Assembly (NCBI GenBank): GCA_902463835.1
Contig: CABQGZ010000001.1
Coordinates: 1-44,954 of the forward strand
Source of the DNA: an uncultured Lachnospiraceae bacterium
GTDB taxonomy: Bacteria; Bacillota; Clostridia; Lachnospirales; Lachnospiraceae
DNA length: 44,954 nucleotides
Direction of reading: 5' to 3'
The position numbers and the translations under genes were made by a program. Positions 1 through 9,100 of this stretch are shown here, in pieces. The notes beneath the pieces are model-generated. The model did not search any database and was not told where the DNA came from. It saw only the letters and a list, made by a program, of their open reading frames with translations. Position 1 is the stretch's first letter; every line of letters begins with the position of its first letter.

Positions 1-47
1 GTGTAAAATGTGTGTTACAAAACAAAAACAGAACGAGGAGGAAACAA

Positions 48-3000
48 ATGAAGAAACGAATGAAGCGGATAGGCGCACTTTTGTTGTCACTGACACTTTT
101 GGCCGGGATGGCCAATCTGTCTCTGCTGTCCATGCGTGCAGAGGCAGGCGGAAAGATTCAGAAAGAGCTCTATGTGGCGGTGAATGGCGATGACGCAAAC
201 GATGGCAGCAGGGAGAGACCTTTTGCCACGGTGGAGAGAGCCCGCCAGGAAGTGGACAAGATCAACGACGATATGACGGGAGACATCATTGTCAACATTG
301 GCGCGGGGGACTACTACCTGGATACCACCATCGTGCTTGACGAGGGAGACTCCGGTACCAACGGCTATGAGGTCATCTACCGGAGCAGCGATGGCATTGG
401 AAAGGCGAATTTCATCGGCGGAGTGCAGGTCACCGGATGGACATTGGCTGACCAGACCGATGTGGACATCTATGATCTGGATGCATCCCTGCTTGGAAAA
501 GTGTATAAGGTTCAGTTGGATCCAGAACAGTATCAGTTCAATACACTGTATGTAAACGATGTGCGGGCCACGATGGCGAGAACCAGGAACCGTGATAACA
601 ATCCAATGTTTCCCATGGCAAAGGGCGAGTATATGCGGTCCGCAGGCGGGCACAATAACAACAGGAATATGAACTATTATGCAGGAGATATTGATGAAAA
701 ATCACTTGCCGGTATGGTTCATGCCCAGGAAAGAGGCGAGAAAGAGATCGCGCAGGTATTTGTGTGGGATGGAGGAGACTGGGACTGGTTTACCAATACC
801 GTGCCAATCGCGTCTATCAACACCGACAGCCGCGAATTCAAATTCCCGACACCGCCGGAGGATTATCCGGAGAAGTACCGCACGAAATACAACATCGGTA
901 CAGGTGCAAGATATTTCCTGCAGGGAAATCTGGCATTCATGGATGTGGAAGGCGAGTATCATTATAATAAAAGCACAGGGATTCTGTACTATTATCCCAA
1001 GGCGGAGGATGGCGCCATTGAGACACAGACCATTGTGGTGCCCACCATGCAGCAGGTATTGTACTTAAAAGGTGCCGACAAGGAAAATCTGGCGGATGAA
1101 CCGGACCCGGAGAAGCAGGTACACAATATTACCATAGACGGACTTTCTGTCAAGGATACAGAATTCTCAGACTACTTTACCTATTCCTGGAACTGGGGAG
1201 ATGGCGGAGCCGGAATCGGTTATCATCCCAAGGCCTCGGAAGGCAGTACCAATCCGTCTTACTGTGAGAGCTGTGACAGGGAAGAATTCCGTGTAGGTTC
1301 TATCACATTGACAGGAACCCATAATATTACGATCACCAATACGAGAGTGAAGAATTCCGGGTTATACGGAATTATCTATGCAGGTGATAACCAGTATAAT
1401 GTACTGACCAATTCTGTGGTAGAAAGTACCGGATATGGCGGAATCTGCTTCGATGGCGGGTATCCGGGAATCGGAAAATATAACAATCACAATAAGGTAG
1501 AGAATGTACTGATTTATCAGGTGGGAGAACTGGTAGGCCATGCAGTTGGATTTACCCTGATGAGTTCCGGACAGAATAACTTCCGGAATATGGAAATCTA
1601 TGATACTCCCAAGCGAGCCATCCTGGTGATCGGCGGTTACCGCCGGGACTGGAACGGTGCGGACAGCAACTATGATGAGATCAAGGATATGTATACGGTA
1701 GGCAACCATTTTGATTACATTCATGTTCATGACGCACAGCAGGATGCAGGGGAGGACAGTGCGGTGTTCTTAAGCTGGCTTTTAGCCGGAAGAGATGTAA
1801 AGAGGCTGCATGGCTCCAATGATCCCAACAACCTGACCACGAATCTGGAAGGCATTGATACAACCATTGACCGTTACAATTACTTTAATCAGATGCTGAT
1901 TACAGATGTAGGAGCGGATCCGTCTGTAATTGAGAAATGTACGGTAGGCGGTCTGGATACTGCAATGGGAGCCACCGGCAGCTACTTTACGAATATCAAG
2001 GCAGCAAATACCCAGCATCATCTTCTGGCGATTCGTGACCAGTCCCAGGGAGATGGTTACGGTGATATGTATACTTATGAGAACTGTACCAACAACCTGT
2101 ATACGGACGATCTGCTCAAGACCTTTGACGACGACGCGATGGAGTACGACAAGATTGGTCTGACTGCAGATTTCCCGGAAGAATATCGTGTGGCTAAGAG
2201 AGTCTATAAGGATGCACCGGAAAATGTGTATTTCTATGATGATTTTGAGAGCTCCAAGAGTCTTGATGTGAGAAAATGGAGTGTGGAAAAGGGTTCTGTG
2301 GAGATGCATATCGGGTACGGCTATATGTCGGAGAATCCACAGACAGGAAGACGCTCTCTTCCCATCAATGCCGATTTGAATAAGAGCGGTGTTGTGGTAA
2401 GCCGTGAATTTGAGAATTCCTTAAACAAGATTGTAGAGGTTCAGTATCTGGATCGTAGAAAGGATTATGCGAATAATGACCGGGGAGATGCTGTACCTAC
2501 AGAGATTCTGCCCAATTCTTTCCTGAGAGTGGATGACGGAGAGAATGCCCTTGGAATCGGTGCGGTAGGAAGTGTATCCAAGGATTATTATGTGATCAAA
2601 AAGGGAGATGAGCTGATCAAAACAGATGTAAAACGCTGTTTCGGATGGCATACCTTCAAATTTGATTATAGTTCAGGAGACACAGTAAAGCTGTATATAG
2701 ATGATCAACTGATTGCGGAGTACACAGAGGCAGATGGAGTGGCTACCTCCTTTGACTATATCGGAATGGGAGACTGGGAAGGAAAGGGCGGCAAGGCTTT
2801 CTTCGACCAGCTGTATGTATATGGCGGTCAGGAGGCGCCGCCGGTGGAGGATCTTCCCTTGCCCACACCGCCGACAGCACCAGCGGAGGCATTGTTCCAG
2901 GAAGATTTTGAATCAGAGAATATTGCAGAGTTTAAAAAACAGAAAGGCAATGCCACAATTGAATATATTGCAGATCCGGATAAGGAAGAGAACACGGTGA

Positions 3001-4733
3001 TGCATGTGATATCGCCGGATGATTTTGTGTACTATCCGGACGGTTCAGATTGGTCCAACTATACGTTTGAGTGCAGAATTAAGATTGCGAACTGGGGTGT
3101 GAATGGAGCAGCTTATCCGTGGGACAATATGGCTCCGGTATGGAATGCCGGCTCCCAGGACAGCAAAGGAAACTTTAACCGTTATTCTCTGAAATACAGA
3201 AGAGAGTCAAAGGATTTTTCACTGTATCGAAGAGACGGAAGCGATACAGATATGATCTCTGCCGCTGCACCGGATAACTATGGCGGAGTCTGGCACGATT
3301 ATAAGATTATCACAATGGATGGTGTAATCACAGCTTACATTGATGGCGAAAAAATATTTGAACATACCGATTCTGCCAATAGGAACGGAACCGTTGGCTT
3401 TGATGGAATCAGTGTGGAATATTACGTGGATGATATTCGGGTAATGAGACAGAAAACGCCTGATCCTTCTGCTGATAAGGAGGAAGGAACCTACAAGGAG
3501 GCTGTGAAAGTAACATTGACGCCTGGAAGTCTGGGACAGGATATTTTCTATACCCTGGATGGAACAGACCCCACCGATCCGGAGCATGGTGTGTATTACA
3601 TACCAGATGAAGTAATTGTCATCGACAAGACTACTACGCTGAAATTTGCAGCCATTGCAGAGGGGGCGCTGTACAGTGATGTGATTACTGTGCAGTATAC
3701 CATTGAGAACGAGATTGAAGAACCGGAAAAAGTAAATAAATATCTGCTTCAGCAGACCTATGACTATGCAGTGAACTTAAGTACCGAAGGTGTGACGGCC
3801 AGCGCCAAAGCATACTTTGAGAAAGTGCTTGGGGAAGCGAAGGCAGTTCTGGATGATGAAAAGGCTGCCCAGACAGAGGTAAATAAGGCGTGGGACAACC
3901 TGCTGGAAGGCATCTGGGGACTCGGTCTCTACGAGGGCGACAAGGGTGCGCTGAAGGAGTTGATCGATCAGGCAAAAGCCATGGACAAGGGGGATTACGA
4001 GGCAGAGAACTGGGGAATGCTGGAAGCTGCGTTGGCGAAAGCAGAGAAAGTATATGCGGACGAGGATGCTACCCAGGATGTGGTCGACGAGGCAAAGGAA
4101 GAGCTGCAGAAGGCGATAGATGCCCAGGTTCTGAAGGCAATTGTGGATAAGAGCGTGTTAAAGCAGCTGATTGACAAAGCAACAGCAATGCTTCCGGAGG
4201 AAGAACGGTATGTGGCGGACAACTGGCCCAGGCTCATAGCAGGTCTGGAGAATGGACAGAAAGTCTACGACAACGGTGATGCCACCCAGGAAGAGGTGAA
4301 TGTGGCGGCGGAAGAACTGCTGAATGCCATCATTGCACAGCGTTTCAAAGCCAACAAGTCAAATCTGGAAAAGCTGGTGAAGGAAGCAGAAGGAATTAAT
4401 ACGGCACTCTATACAGCTAAGACGGTACAGGTATTCCGGGCAGCGCTTGCCAATGCGAAGGCGGTTCTGGCGGATGCGAGCCTGAGTCAGGATGAGCAGT
4501 CAGAGGTAGACAAGGCGGAAAAAGAGCTGAATGACGCTATCAAAGGACTGGTAAAGGAAGCTGTGGATGACAAAGATAAGGATACTGATGATACCAATAA
4601 CGGAAGCAACACCAATTCCACTGCTCCGAAGACAGGAGATCCATTCAACACAATACCATGGTTGGTTCTTCTGCTTGCGGCAATGGGAGCTGCTGCGGCG
4701 GCTGTAATTAAAAGAAAGAGAGAAATGGAATAG
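48..4733 (+). CDS. Giant surface protein A (1561 aa): signal peptide, N-terminal right-handed beta-helix (pectate-lyase fold) putative glycan-cleaving domain, LamG/DUF1080-like jelly rolls, CHB_HEX_C-like Ig domain, 4 FIVAR-like helical repeats, APKTG sortase signal
   Basis: Uninterrupted ORF 12..4733. GGAGG at 36-40 lies 7 nt before ATG 48. N-terminus MKKRMKRIGALLLSLTLLAGMANLSLLSMRAEA looks like a signal peptide. 'ELYVAVNGDDANDGSRERPFATVERAR...GDYYL' and 'LYVNDVRATMARTRN' are typical of the N-cap of beta-helix glycan-active enzymes. 'IFYTLDGTDPTD...TTTLKFAA' is CHB_HEX_C-like. The C-terminus is APKTGD, then a hydrophobic stretch, then KRKRE. Confidence 0.9.
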   Translation: MKKRMKRIGALLLSLTLLAGMANLSLLSMRAEAGGKIQKELYVAVNGDDANDGSRERPFATVERARQEVDKINDDMTGDIIVNIGAGDYYLDTTIVLDEGDSGTNGYEVIYRSSDGIGKANFIGGVQVTGWTLADQTDVDIYDLDASLLGKVYKVQLDPEQYQFNTLYVNDVRATMARTRNRDNNPMFPMAKGEYMRSAGGHNNNRNMNYYAGDIDEKSLAGMVHAQERGEKEIAQVFVWDGGDWDWFTNTVPIASINTDSREFKFPTPPEDYPEKYRTKYNIGTGARYFLQGNLAFMDVEGEYHYNKSTGILYYYPKAEDGAIETQTIVVPTMQQVLYLKGADKENLADEPDPEKQVHNITIDGLSVKDTEFSDYFTYSWNWGDGGAGIGYHPKASEGSTNPSYCESCDREEFRVGSITLTGTHNITITNTRVKNSGLYGIIYAGDNQYNVLTNSVVESTGYGGICFDGGYPGIGKYNNHNKVENVLIYQVGELVGHAVGFTLMSSGQNNFRNMEIYDTPKRAILVIGGYRRDWNGADSNYDEIKDMYTVGNHFDYIHVHDAQQDAGEDSAVFLSWLLAGRDVKRLHGSNDPNNLTTNLEGIDTTIDRYNYFNQMLITDVGADPSVIEKCTVGGLDTAMGATGSYFTNIKAANTQHHLLAIRDQSQGDGYGDMYTYENCTNNLYTDDLLKTFDDDAMEYDKIGLTADFPEEYRVAKRVYKDAPENVYFYDDFESSKSLDVRKWSVEKGSVEMHIGYGYMSENPQTGRRSLPINADLNKSGVVVSREFENSLNKIVEVQYLDRRKDYANNDRGDAVPTEILPNSFLRVDDGENALGIGAVGSVSKDYYVIKKGDELIKTDVKRCFGWHTFKFDYSSGDTVKLYIDDQLIAEYTEADGVATSFDYIGMGDWEGKGGKAFFDQLYVYGGQEAPPVEDLPLPTPPTAPAEALFQEDFESENIAEFKKQKGNATIEYIADPDKEENTVMHVISPDDFVYYPDGSDWSNYTFECRIKIANWGVNGAAYPWDNMAPVWNAGSQDSKGNFNRYSLKYRRESKDFSLYRRDGSDTDMISAAAPDNYGGVWHDYKIITMDGVITAYIDGEKIFEHTDSANRNGTVGFDGISVEYYVDDIRVMRQKTPDPSADKEEGTYKEAVKVTLTPGSLGQDIFYTLDGTDPTDPEHGVYYIPDEVIVIDKTTTLKFAAIAEGALYSDVITVQYTIENEIEEPEKVNKYLLQQTYDYAVNLSTEGVTASAKAYFEKVLGEAKAVLDDEKAAQTEVNKAWDNLLEGIWGLGLYEGDKGALKELIDQAKAMDKGDYEAENWGMLEAALAKAEKVYADEDATQDVVDEAKEELQKAIDAQVLKAIVDKSVLKQLIDKATAMLPEEERYVADNWPRLIAGLENGQKVYDNGDATQEEVNVAAEELLNAIIAQRFKANKSNLEKLVKEAEGINTALYTAKTVQVFRAALANAKAVLADASLSQDEQSEVDKAEKELNDAIKGLVKEAVDDKDKDTDDTNNGSNTNSTAPKTGDPFNTIPWLVLLLAAMGAAAAAVIKRKREME
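3729..4557 (+). repeat. C-terminal stalk cassette, copy 1 (four ~68-aa FIVAR-like three-helix repeats)
   Basis: KVNKYLLQQTYDYAV...AWDNLLEGIWGLG / GALKELIDQAKAM... / KSVLKQLIDKATAM... / FKANKSNLEKLVKEAEG...ELNDAIKGLVKE. Clearly homologous at DNA level to 10922..11752 and 17498..18328. Confidence 0.8.
4623..4733 (+). other. Cell-wall sorting signal: APKTG motif, hydrophobic segment, basic tail
   Basis: APKTGDPFNTIPWLVLLLAAMGAAAAAVIKRKREME at the extreme C-terminus. Confidence 0.75.
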
Positions 4734-4745
4734 AAAGTGATGAAG

Positions 4746-4776
4746 CAGAAGGAGATGCGGATGGCATCTCCTTCTG
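4746..4776 (+). terminator. Perfect 13-bp stem-loop just after gene A (no U-tract); putative terminator or mRNA-stabilising hairpin
   Basis: CAGAAGGAGATGC (4746-4758) pairs with GCATCTCCTTCTG (4764-4776) around a 5-nt loop. It starts 13 nt after the stop codon. The downstream sequence GCATCTAAAAAG is not T-rich. Confidence 0.4.
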
Positions 4777-4854
4777 GCATCTAAAAAGACCGTCTCTCGT
4801 GAATAAGAGCGAGAAAGAAACAGAGAAGATTCAATAGAATTTGTAGCTGTTGTT

Positions 4855-4948
4855 AAAAATCAGAGATGCTATTTTCGGAGGATTCCTACTATTGAGAGAA
4901 ATCATGAAATATCGTTGTGGAATGTCAAGGGAATTCGTGTAAAAATGT
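4855..4948 (+). promoter_or_regulatory. Putative promoter/leader region of the lone URO-D-like gene
   Basis: 254-nt intergenic gap. Contains CAGAGA / CGGAGG motifs, 'CTACTATTGAGAGAA' (4886-4900) resembling the TTACTTTTTGGAGTTGA block upstream of genes B and E, and 'GTGTAAAAATGT' (4937-4948) matching 'GTGTAAAATGT' at 1-11. The exact -35/-10 elements could not be assigned. Confidence 0.25.
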
Positions 4949-4987
4949 AATCCATGGAACAACCATAAGGAAAGAGGAGAGAATGGT

Positions 4988-5992
4988 ATGACACCAAGAA
5001 AATTAGTTTATGCAACATTAGAATTTTGCAACAAAAGCGAGCGGGCGCCGCGGCAGATGTGGACGCTTCCCTGGGCGGAGTGGAACCACGGGGATATGGT
5101 GGCCAGGATTCGGCAGGATTATCCAGACGATATTATAGGAGCGCCCTGTATCCTGCAGACGCCCACCATAGAGGAGGGAGATCCCTATCGCACCGGAGTC
5201 AGCCGGGATGCCTGGGGGTGCATCGTGACCAACATTCACCAGGGAGTCATCGGCGAGGTAAAAGAGGCGTTGGTACAGGATGAGGATTGGGAGGATGTAA
5301 CCAATGTCCATATTCCAAGGGAATGGCTGAGCTTTGACCGGGATGCGGTGAATGGTTTTTGCCGGGATACAGATCGATTCGTGACCTGCGGCTGTTGCCC
5401 GCGGCCTTTCGAACAGCTGCAGTTTATCCGGAAGACGGAGGAGCTGTATATGGATCTGATGGATATTCCAGAAAAGCTGAGAGTGTTTATGGGTGAGGTG
5501 CATACATTTTACTGTGAGCTCTTAGAAGAATGGGCCAAAACAGAGGTGGACGCCTTAACCTTCATGGATGACTGGGGCGCGCAGAAAAGTCTGCTGATTC
5601 ATCCGAATCTGTGGCGGGAGTTGTTCCGGCCCATGTATAAGGACTATATTGATATCGCAAAGCGCCACGGGAAGAAGATATTCATGCATTCAGACGGATA
5701 TATTCTGGATATACTTCCGGATCTGGCTGAAATGGGACTGGACGCCATTAATTCACAGATCTTCTGTATGGGTGTGGAGAAGCTGGAGCCTTTGGCAGGG
5801 AAGATTACCTTCTGGGGCGAGATGGATCGGCAGCATCTGCTGGTGGAAGGCACCAAAGAGGATATTCAGAAAGCAGTGGAGAAGGTGAGAGAAACCCTGT
5901 GGAAGGACGGCGGATGCATTGCGCAGTGCGAGTTTGGACCGGGGGCAAAGCCGGAGAATGTGTATGAGGTATTCCGTTCGTGGAATAAATAA
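4988..5992 (+). CDS. Uroporphyrinogen-decarboxylase (URO-D)/MtaA-like family protein 1, cytoplasmic
   Basis: 334-aa ORF. GAGGAG lies ~8 nt upstream of ATG 4988 (the ATG at 4984 hits a stop after 2 codons). No signal peptide. Paralogous to 30322..31296 and 31326..32354. 'IFMHSDGYILDILPDLAEMGLDAINS' matches the URO-D-fold 'H-x-[DC]-G...G.D' barrel strand. Confidence 0.8.
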   Translation: MTPRKLVYATLEFCNKSERAPRQMWTLPWAEWNHGDMVARIRQDYPDDIIGAPCILQTPTIEEGDPYRTGVSRDAWGCIVTNIHQGVIGEVKEALVQDEDWEDVTNVHIPREWLSFDRDAVNGFCRDTDRFVTCGCCPRPFEQLQFIRKTEELYMDLMDIPEKLRVFMGEVHTFYCELLEEWAKTEVDALTFMDDWGAQKSLLIHPNLWRELFRPMYKDYIDIAKRHGKKIFMHSDGYILDILPDLAEMGLDAINSQIFCMGVEKLEPLAGKITFWGEMDRQHLLVEGTKEDIQKAVEKVRETLWKDGGCIAQCEFGPGAKPENVYEVFRSWNK

Positions 5993-5995
5993 AAG

Positions 5996-6120
5996 TATTT
6001 TAGAGAGTGTGTTAATTTTCAGAGTTTCGATGAAGAGCTATTCGCATTTTTTAGAGGAAATCTTTACTTTTTGGAGTTGAGATTTTGCTAAAAAGTATAT
6101 AGACTTTGTGGTGAAATTGT
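5996..6120 (+). promoter_or_regulatory. Putative promoter/operator region upstream of gene B (blocks shared with 25264..25346)
   Basis: ATTTTAGAGA (5997-6006), TTTCAGAGT (6017-6025), TTACTTTTTGGAGTTGA (6064-6080), GTATAT (6095-6100) and GTGGTGAAATTGT (6108-6120) occur in the same order upstream of gene E. One possible sigma-A reading is TTGAGA (6077-6082), 17 nt, TAGACT (6100-6105). Confidence 0.35.
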
Positions 6121-6157
6121 AAGAAGCAAAAACGAAAAAAGGAGGATTCATGCAGCA

Positions 6158-9100
6158 ATGAAAAAACGAATGAGAAGGTTGGCAGCATTGGCGCTATCCG
6201 CAGTACTGGTATTGTCGTCATCTGGTATTCCGGGAAAAACCTTTGCAGCGGATCCAAAGACAGCAGGAAGGATACAGGCAGAGTTCTTTGTGTCGCCGGA
6301 TGGAGACGATGCGAACGACGGCTCGTACGAAAAACCCTTTGCCACGATCAAGGCGGCAAAGGAAGCCGTGCAGAAGATCAACGGCAATATGACCGGGGAT
6401 ATCTATGTATTTCTTGACAGTGGTCAGTATTATATGGAGGATACCCTGGTATTTGGCGAGAAGGATTCCGGAACAAACGGCTACAAGATTGTGTACCGGA
6501 ACCTGGATGAGGTTGGCTCGGCGGAGCTGATCGGCGGGCAGAAGGTGACATCCAAGTGGGAGCTGGTGGATGCTTCCGGCGACCCGGCTGTGGATGCGGA
6601 CGCGGATCTTCCGGCATCGGCGGAGGGAAAGGTATACAAGACTCATGTGGGAACGGATGTGGATTTCAATACCCTCTATGTCAACGATGAGAGGGCAACC
6701 CTGGCAAGAACACAGAATCGTGCCAATGAAAACGGGTTTGATTCGGCGCTGACACCCTATATGCGTTCCGCAGGCGGCGGAGTGGGAGATCTTGTTTACA
6801 AAGCCGGCGATCTGGATGAGGATTCCATCAATGGTATGGTCAACGCTCAGAAGCGGGGTGATCTGAATGCATCGGTATATATGTGGGACGGCGGATATTG
6901 GGATTGGATGACAGACACCATTCCGGTTTCAGCTATTGATGTGAATGCCCGCAGACTTACATATAAGACCGTGGCGGGACATCCGGAGATCTATCGCCCC
7001 AAATATGCCACCAGAAATAATGCCAGATATTTTGTGCAGGGCAATCTGGGTTTCCTGGATGTGCCAGGAGAATATTATTTCAATGAGGTGACCGGTGATC
7101 TCTACTATTATCCGGAAGGGAATATCGAGGATCAGGAGATCGTGATTCCGTATGTAAAGGAAATCATCCGGGTTGAGGGTACATCGAGAGACAGCATGGT
7201 GGAAAACATCGAGTTCAGCGGAATCACCGTGAAGGATGCGGATCATACGGAATGGTATGCATATGGCTGGAACTGGGGAGATGCAGGAGATGGACTTGGT
7301 TTCTATCCCAAGGAGGCGGAAGGAAGTACACAGCCCTCTTACTGTGAGCAGACGGAGCGGATTGAGTTCCAGTATGGAAATATTACATTGAAAAATACGA
7401 GGAATATCGCCATCACAAAAACAAGAATTAAAAATTCCGGTATGTTTGGAATCGAGCTGTATCTGGCCAACCAGAATGCACGGATAGAAGATTGTATGAT
7501 CGAATATACGGCACATGGCGGAATCAACGTGGATGGCGGATATCCAGGCGTTGCAGGCGATGCCAACGGCGACGGGTACTCCAGAGACAATGTGATCCGC
7601 AATTGTATCGTTCATGATATTGGAGAACTGGTAGGACAGGCATCCGGAATCACGATTCAGCAGTCCAGCTACAATACCGTATCTCATGTGGAGGTATACA
7701 ACTCTCCCAGAAGAGGACTTTTCCTGACTGCCGGACACAGTCGTAACGGAGGAACCGCATTCCCCAATGGCGATAAGAATTACAATCCCATGACGGAATT
7801 GTACACCCATCACAATACCATTGAATACGCATATCTCCATGACTGTCAGCAGGATGGCGGAGATGATGGGGCGTTCTTTGCCTGCTATCTGTGGAAAGGG
7901 AAAAATAACAAGCCCAACTACGTGAATCAGATGGTGATTGAGAACGTTGCGGCTAATCCCAGCATGACAGATATTGCGCCCAACGGAATTAATCTGGATA
8001 TGGGTGCTTCCGGCATGGAACTGAGCAATGTGAAGGTTGTGAATCCCCAGCACTTTAATATAGAAGTAAATACCATCACACAGTACGGGGACAGCATTAA
8101 GTTTGACAATGTGAACGTAGACTTTGGCAAGCACACAAACCATTTGAAATCCTTCGATGATTCCAGAATGGAATACGATAAGATTGGTGTTACCGCAGAC
8201 TTCCCTTCAGAATTCCAACAGGGACAGGACGAGAGAGAAGAACTCGATGACATTTATTTTTCCGAAGATTTTGAGAATGGTATTGATTATAACAAGTGGT
8301 CTGCAAAGGGCAATCCCGAGATTACGACAGAGTGGATGTCAGAAGGCGTTCTGGGCGGACGTCAGGCGCTTATGATCAACAGCGACAGCGGAAAGCCAGT
8401 ATTATATCGCGAATTTGCCGAAAGTCTGAATAAAGTGGTGACCATGAAGCTGTTTGATCGGGCCGGCTTTAATATCTGCTCCTACGATTCCGGCGTCAGT
8501 ATCAACGTCAATATCACAACCTACGGGCGTGTGGATGACGGAGAGCATGCAGTTGGTATGGGAATCGATAACGCCATTGGCGGCGGAAGCAACGGCGTGT
8601 ACGTACTGCAGATTGGTGATGAGAAGATTAAGACAGATATCGGACGCTTCTTCGGATGGCATGAATTGAAATGGGATTATTCCAGTGGAACAGACGTGAA
8701 GCTGTATTTTGACGGAAAGCTGGTGAAGACTCTGACCGAGGCGGATGGCGTGAGCACTTCCTTCGACTATGTTGCAATGGGAAGTGAAGCCGGAAGCGGT
8801 GTCACCTTCTTTGATGAATTGACGATCTACGGCGGCAGGGAAGCGGGCGATCCCGGAAGCGTTGCGCTGCCACAGATTCCGGAATATGACAGCTCCAACG
8901 ACAACAAGGAGCAGCTGTTCCTTGATTTTGAGGATGGACAGCTTCCGGAATTCTATTTTACATCCAATGATCCGAACCGCGTATCACAGGCAATTGAGGA
9001 GGAAGCTGGTAATAAGGTGCTGAAGCACTACAGCGGAGATGGTCATGCCTTCTATCAGACCAACGCGGAGTGGGATAACTATCTGGTGAATTTCAAATGG

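Noticed and set aside
12-47. Longer N-terminal extensions of ORFs (12 for gene A, 18510 for gene D, 30262 for URO-D-like 2)
   Set aside because: Downstream starts have properly spaced GGAGG/AAGGAG sites and give canonical signal peptides or family N-termini. The 18510 ATG lies in a hairpin loop, and the 30262 extension overlaps the 30283-30310 hairpin.
3729-4557. C-terminal helical repeats as dockerin/cohesin, SLH, CWB2 or choline-binding anchoring modules
   Set aside because: There are no duplicated Ca-binding D-x-D-x-D-G loops, no SLH or CWB2 signatures and no aromatic-rich 20-mer repeats. The pattern is ~68-aa amphipathic three-helix units followed by a sortase signal, which fits FIVAR-like spacers.
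4739-4783. 14-codon mini-ORF MKQKEMRMASPSGI* after gene A (and the 12-codon ORF at 4904-4942)
   Set aside because: The first is formed by the two arms of the 4746-4776 hairpin. Neither has a convincing SD, and both are too short to support from sequence alone.
4777-4987. Long leaders (4777-4987 and 25240-25416) as riboswitch, T-box or cre-containing elements
   Set aside because: I could not find T-box specifier or antiterminator sequences, a recognisable riboswitch core, or a good match to the cre consensus. Only the shared blocks reported in the findings stand out.
6929-8143. 404-aa minus-strand ORF, plus similar antisense ORFs at 12527-13477, 26872-28110, 34438-35400 and 35779-36645
   Set aside because: All are antisense to genes with clear family signatures. 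Their composition is atypical for real proteins. They are most likely a by-product of sense-strand codon usage that avoids TTA/CTA/TCA in one frame.
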